DNA of 64,000 nt from Dehalococcoidia bacterium (GTDB lineage: Bacteria > Chloroflexota > Dehalococcoidia > Plut-88900). The notes below the pieces were generated by a model. It saw only the letters and a list, made by a program, of their open reading frames with translations, made no database searches and was not told the DNA's origin. Every line of letters starts with the position of its first letter. The stretch's first letter is position 1. The stretch spans positions 64,001 to 128,000 of the forward strand of contig CBDBLV010000005.1 in the NCBI GenBank assembly GCA_965207225.1. Reading direction: 5' to 3'. This document shows positions 59,657 to 64,000 of this stretch, one piece after another. The translations under genes were made by a program, and so were the position numbers.

Positions 59657-60030
59657 GTCTTCATCTTCATCAACTAACTTTCATATCTCCCGTTGATCCC
59701 TTCAACTATTCGTCAATTCTCCATCCTTGCCACTCAGGCCTTCACCCATCCCGCTGTAGAACCCCATCAGGTCCCACCGACTTCCTTTAATCTATTTGTC
59801 ATTTTCTGACAACATACTCAGCAGTTGACCTACATGTCTTGCCATTGGTCCTCACCAACATCCAAATCACAGATTAAAACTTCGGCGGAAGGAGTCCATT
59901 CAAACCTGAGTTACACATCATCAACTTACTATTCGGATATTCACCCGGACTCCTATTATTCCCGTTAGAATTCTCTATAACCTTCTGTTATAAGTTAGGA
60001 AATTAAAGAGTAGAAAGGACAGTTAGTCCT
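59657..60030. other. Putative replication origin (oriC)
   Basis: AT-rich non-coding gap after dnaA in a GC-rich genome, most AT-rich at the 3' end; recurrent TCAAC-core 9-mers; no TTATCCACA. Confidence 0.55.
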
Positions 60031-60035
60031 AATCC

Positions 60036-61288
60036 ATGTTGATAGATGAGGTAAGTCTGGTTTGTGCAGGGGGTATGGGAGGCAGAGGCGCGGTTACCTT
60101 CAGGAAAGAAAAATTCGTGCCATTCGGGGGGCCGGATGGAGGGGATGGGGGAGTCGGGGGCAGTGTGTTGCTTCTGTCTACCCATGACGTGCTGTCACTG
60201 GGTCACCTGGCTATGACTCCTCGGTTACAGGCGGACTCCGGGGAGGATGGGAGAAGGGCGAAGAAGATAGGGAGGGCCGGCGCCGATCTCATAATTGAGG
60301 TGCCGGTTGGAACTGTGGCCCGAGTAGGAGGGGGTTCGAGCGATGTCGTGTTGGACCTGATAGAAGCCGTTCAGAGAGAGACGGTATGCCTAGGAGGAGT
60401 CGGGGGGAGAGGCAACAAGGCCTTTGCCACCTCGACTATGAAGGTTCCCAGGATGGCCGAGGTGGGAGAGCCCGGCGAGGAGCGGCATGTCACGCTGATG
60501 TACAAGATGATGGCCGACGCAGCGCTGGTGGGGATGCCGAATAGCGGAAAGTCGGTGCTGTTGAACAGGCTGACGGGCGCCGGGGCCCGGGTGGCAGATT
60601 ACTGGATGACTACGACCGACCCGGTGATAGGGGTGCTGAACCACGAATGGAGGCAGTACAAGGTGGTGGAGATCCCTGCGATGTGGACAGGGTCCGGTGA
60701 GGGCAAGAGTGGGCCGCTGAAACATGCGCACAGGTCGGCGGTTGTGGCGGTGGTGCTGGATGGGACGGTTGATGATGTGCCAGGTGAGTATGGGCGGATA
60801 GTACAGGCGCTGGAGGAGGCGGATGAATTGGTGGCGGGCAAGCCGAGAGTTGTGGTGGTGAACAAGACTGACCTGGTGCATGGAGGTGTGGGCTGCCCTG
60901 ATTTCAAGCCAGAAGACTTCCCTGGGGCCGAGGAGGTCCACTGGGTATCCGCGGTTACGGGAGAGGGGCTGGAGGATCTCAAGGACAGTCTAGTGGGGAT
61001 GGTGAACTCAACGGACAGGGAGGAGGAGGCCGGGGAGCAGGGGGAGGTGACGGTGCTGAGGCCCAAGCCCATCGGGCACAGGATCTCGGTGAAGAAGGAT
61101 GCGGAGGCATATATTGTCCACGCAGGGCCCCTGGAGAGGCTTGTACGGGGCACGGATATCAACGACTGGGAGGCGAGGATGCAGGTGATGTCTCTGCTGG
61201 AGAAGGCGGGGGTGCACCAGGAGCTGCAGAAGGCGGGGGTGAAGGAGGGGGATACGGTGAGGATAGGCAACGCGGAGCTGGAGTGGGC

Positions 61289-61292
<4 letters not shown>
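60036..61292 (+). CDS. obg: GTPase Obg/CgtA with OCT domain
   Basis: GGPDGGDGG, GMPNSGKS, NKTD, SAVTG, GVKEGDTVRIG. Confidence 0.92.

Positions 61293-64000
<2,708 letters not shown>

Overview
High-GC bacterial chromosome segment, most consistent with Chloroflexota/Dehalococcoidia (SAR202-like). This is inferred from the dnaA-obg-nadD-gyrB order, a GreA with an N-terminal extension, thyX, and luciferase-like and phytoene-dehydrogenase-like genes. It carries housekeeping genes (comEC/comEA, moaA, thiE, thyX, ftsH, greA, recX, recA, nadE, hisS, metG, fmt, dnaA, obg, nadD, gyrB), a glycolate/glyoxylate cluster, scattered solo nuclease and toxin-antitoxin genes, and several REP-like repeat families. 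Four features stand out. (1) Three diverged copies (~3.6-4.25 kb +, ~9.97-10.63 kb -, ~40.9-41.6 kb -) of a ~600-700 nt non-coding element with its own TTGACA-N17-TATCAT promoter, a ~15-bp long-range helix and covarying inner stems: a candidate undescribed large structured RNA. (2) A two-gene operon in which both genes have an in-frame UGA at a redox Cys position (ArsC/Spx-like UxxC, and a rhodanese), i.e. probable selenoproteins missed by the ORF track. (3) A ~120-bp repeat with a constant scaffold around a completely replaced palindromic cassette. (4) A DnaA with an altered recognition helix next to a putative origin lacking canonical DnaA boxes. All calls are by eye; no searches were run.
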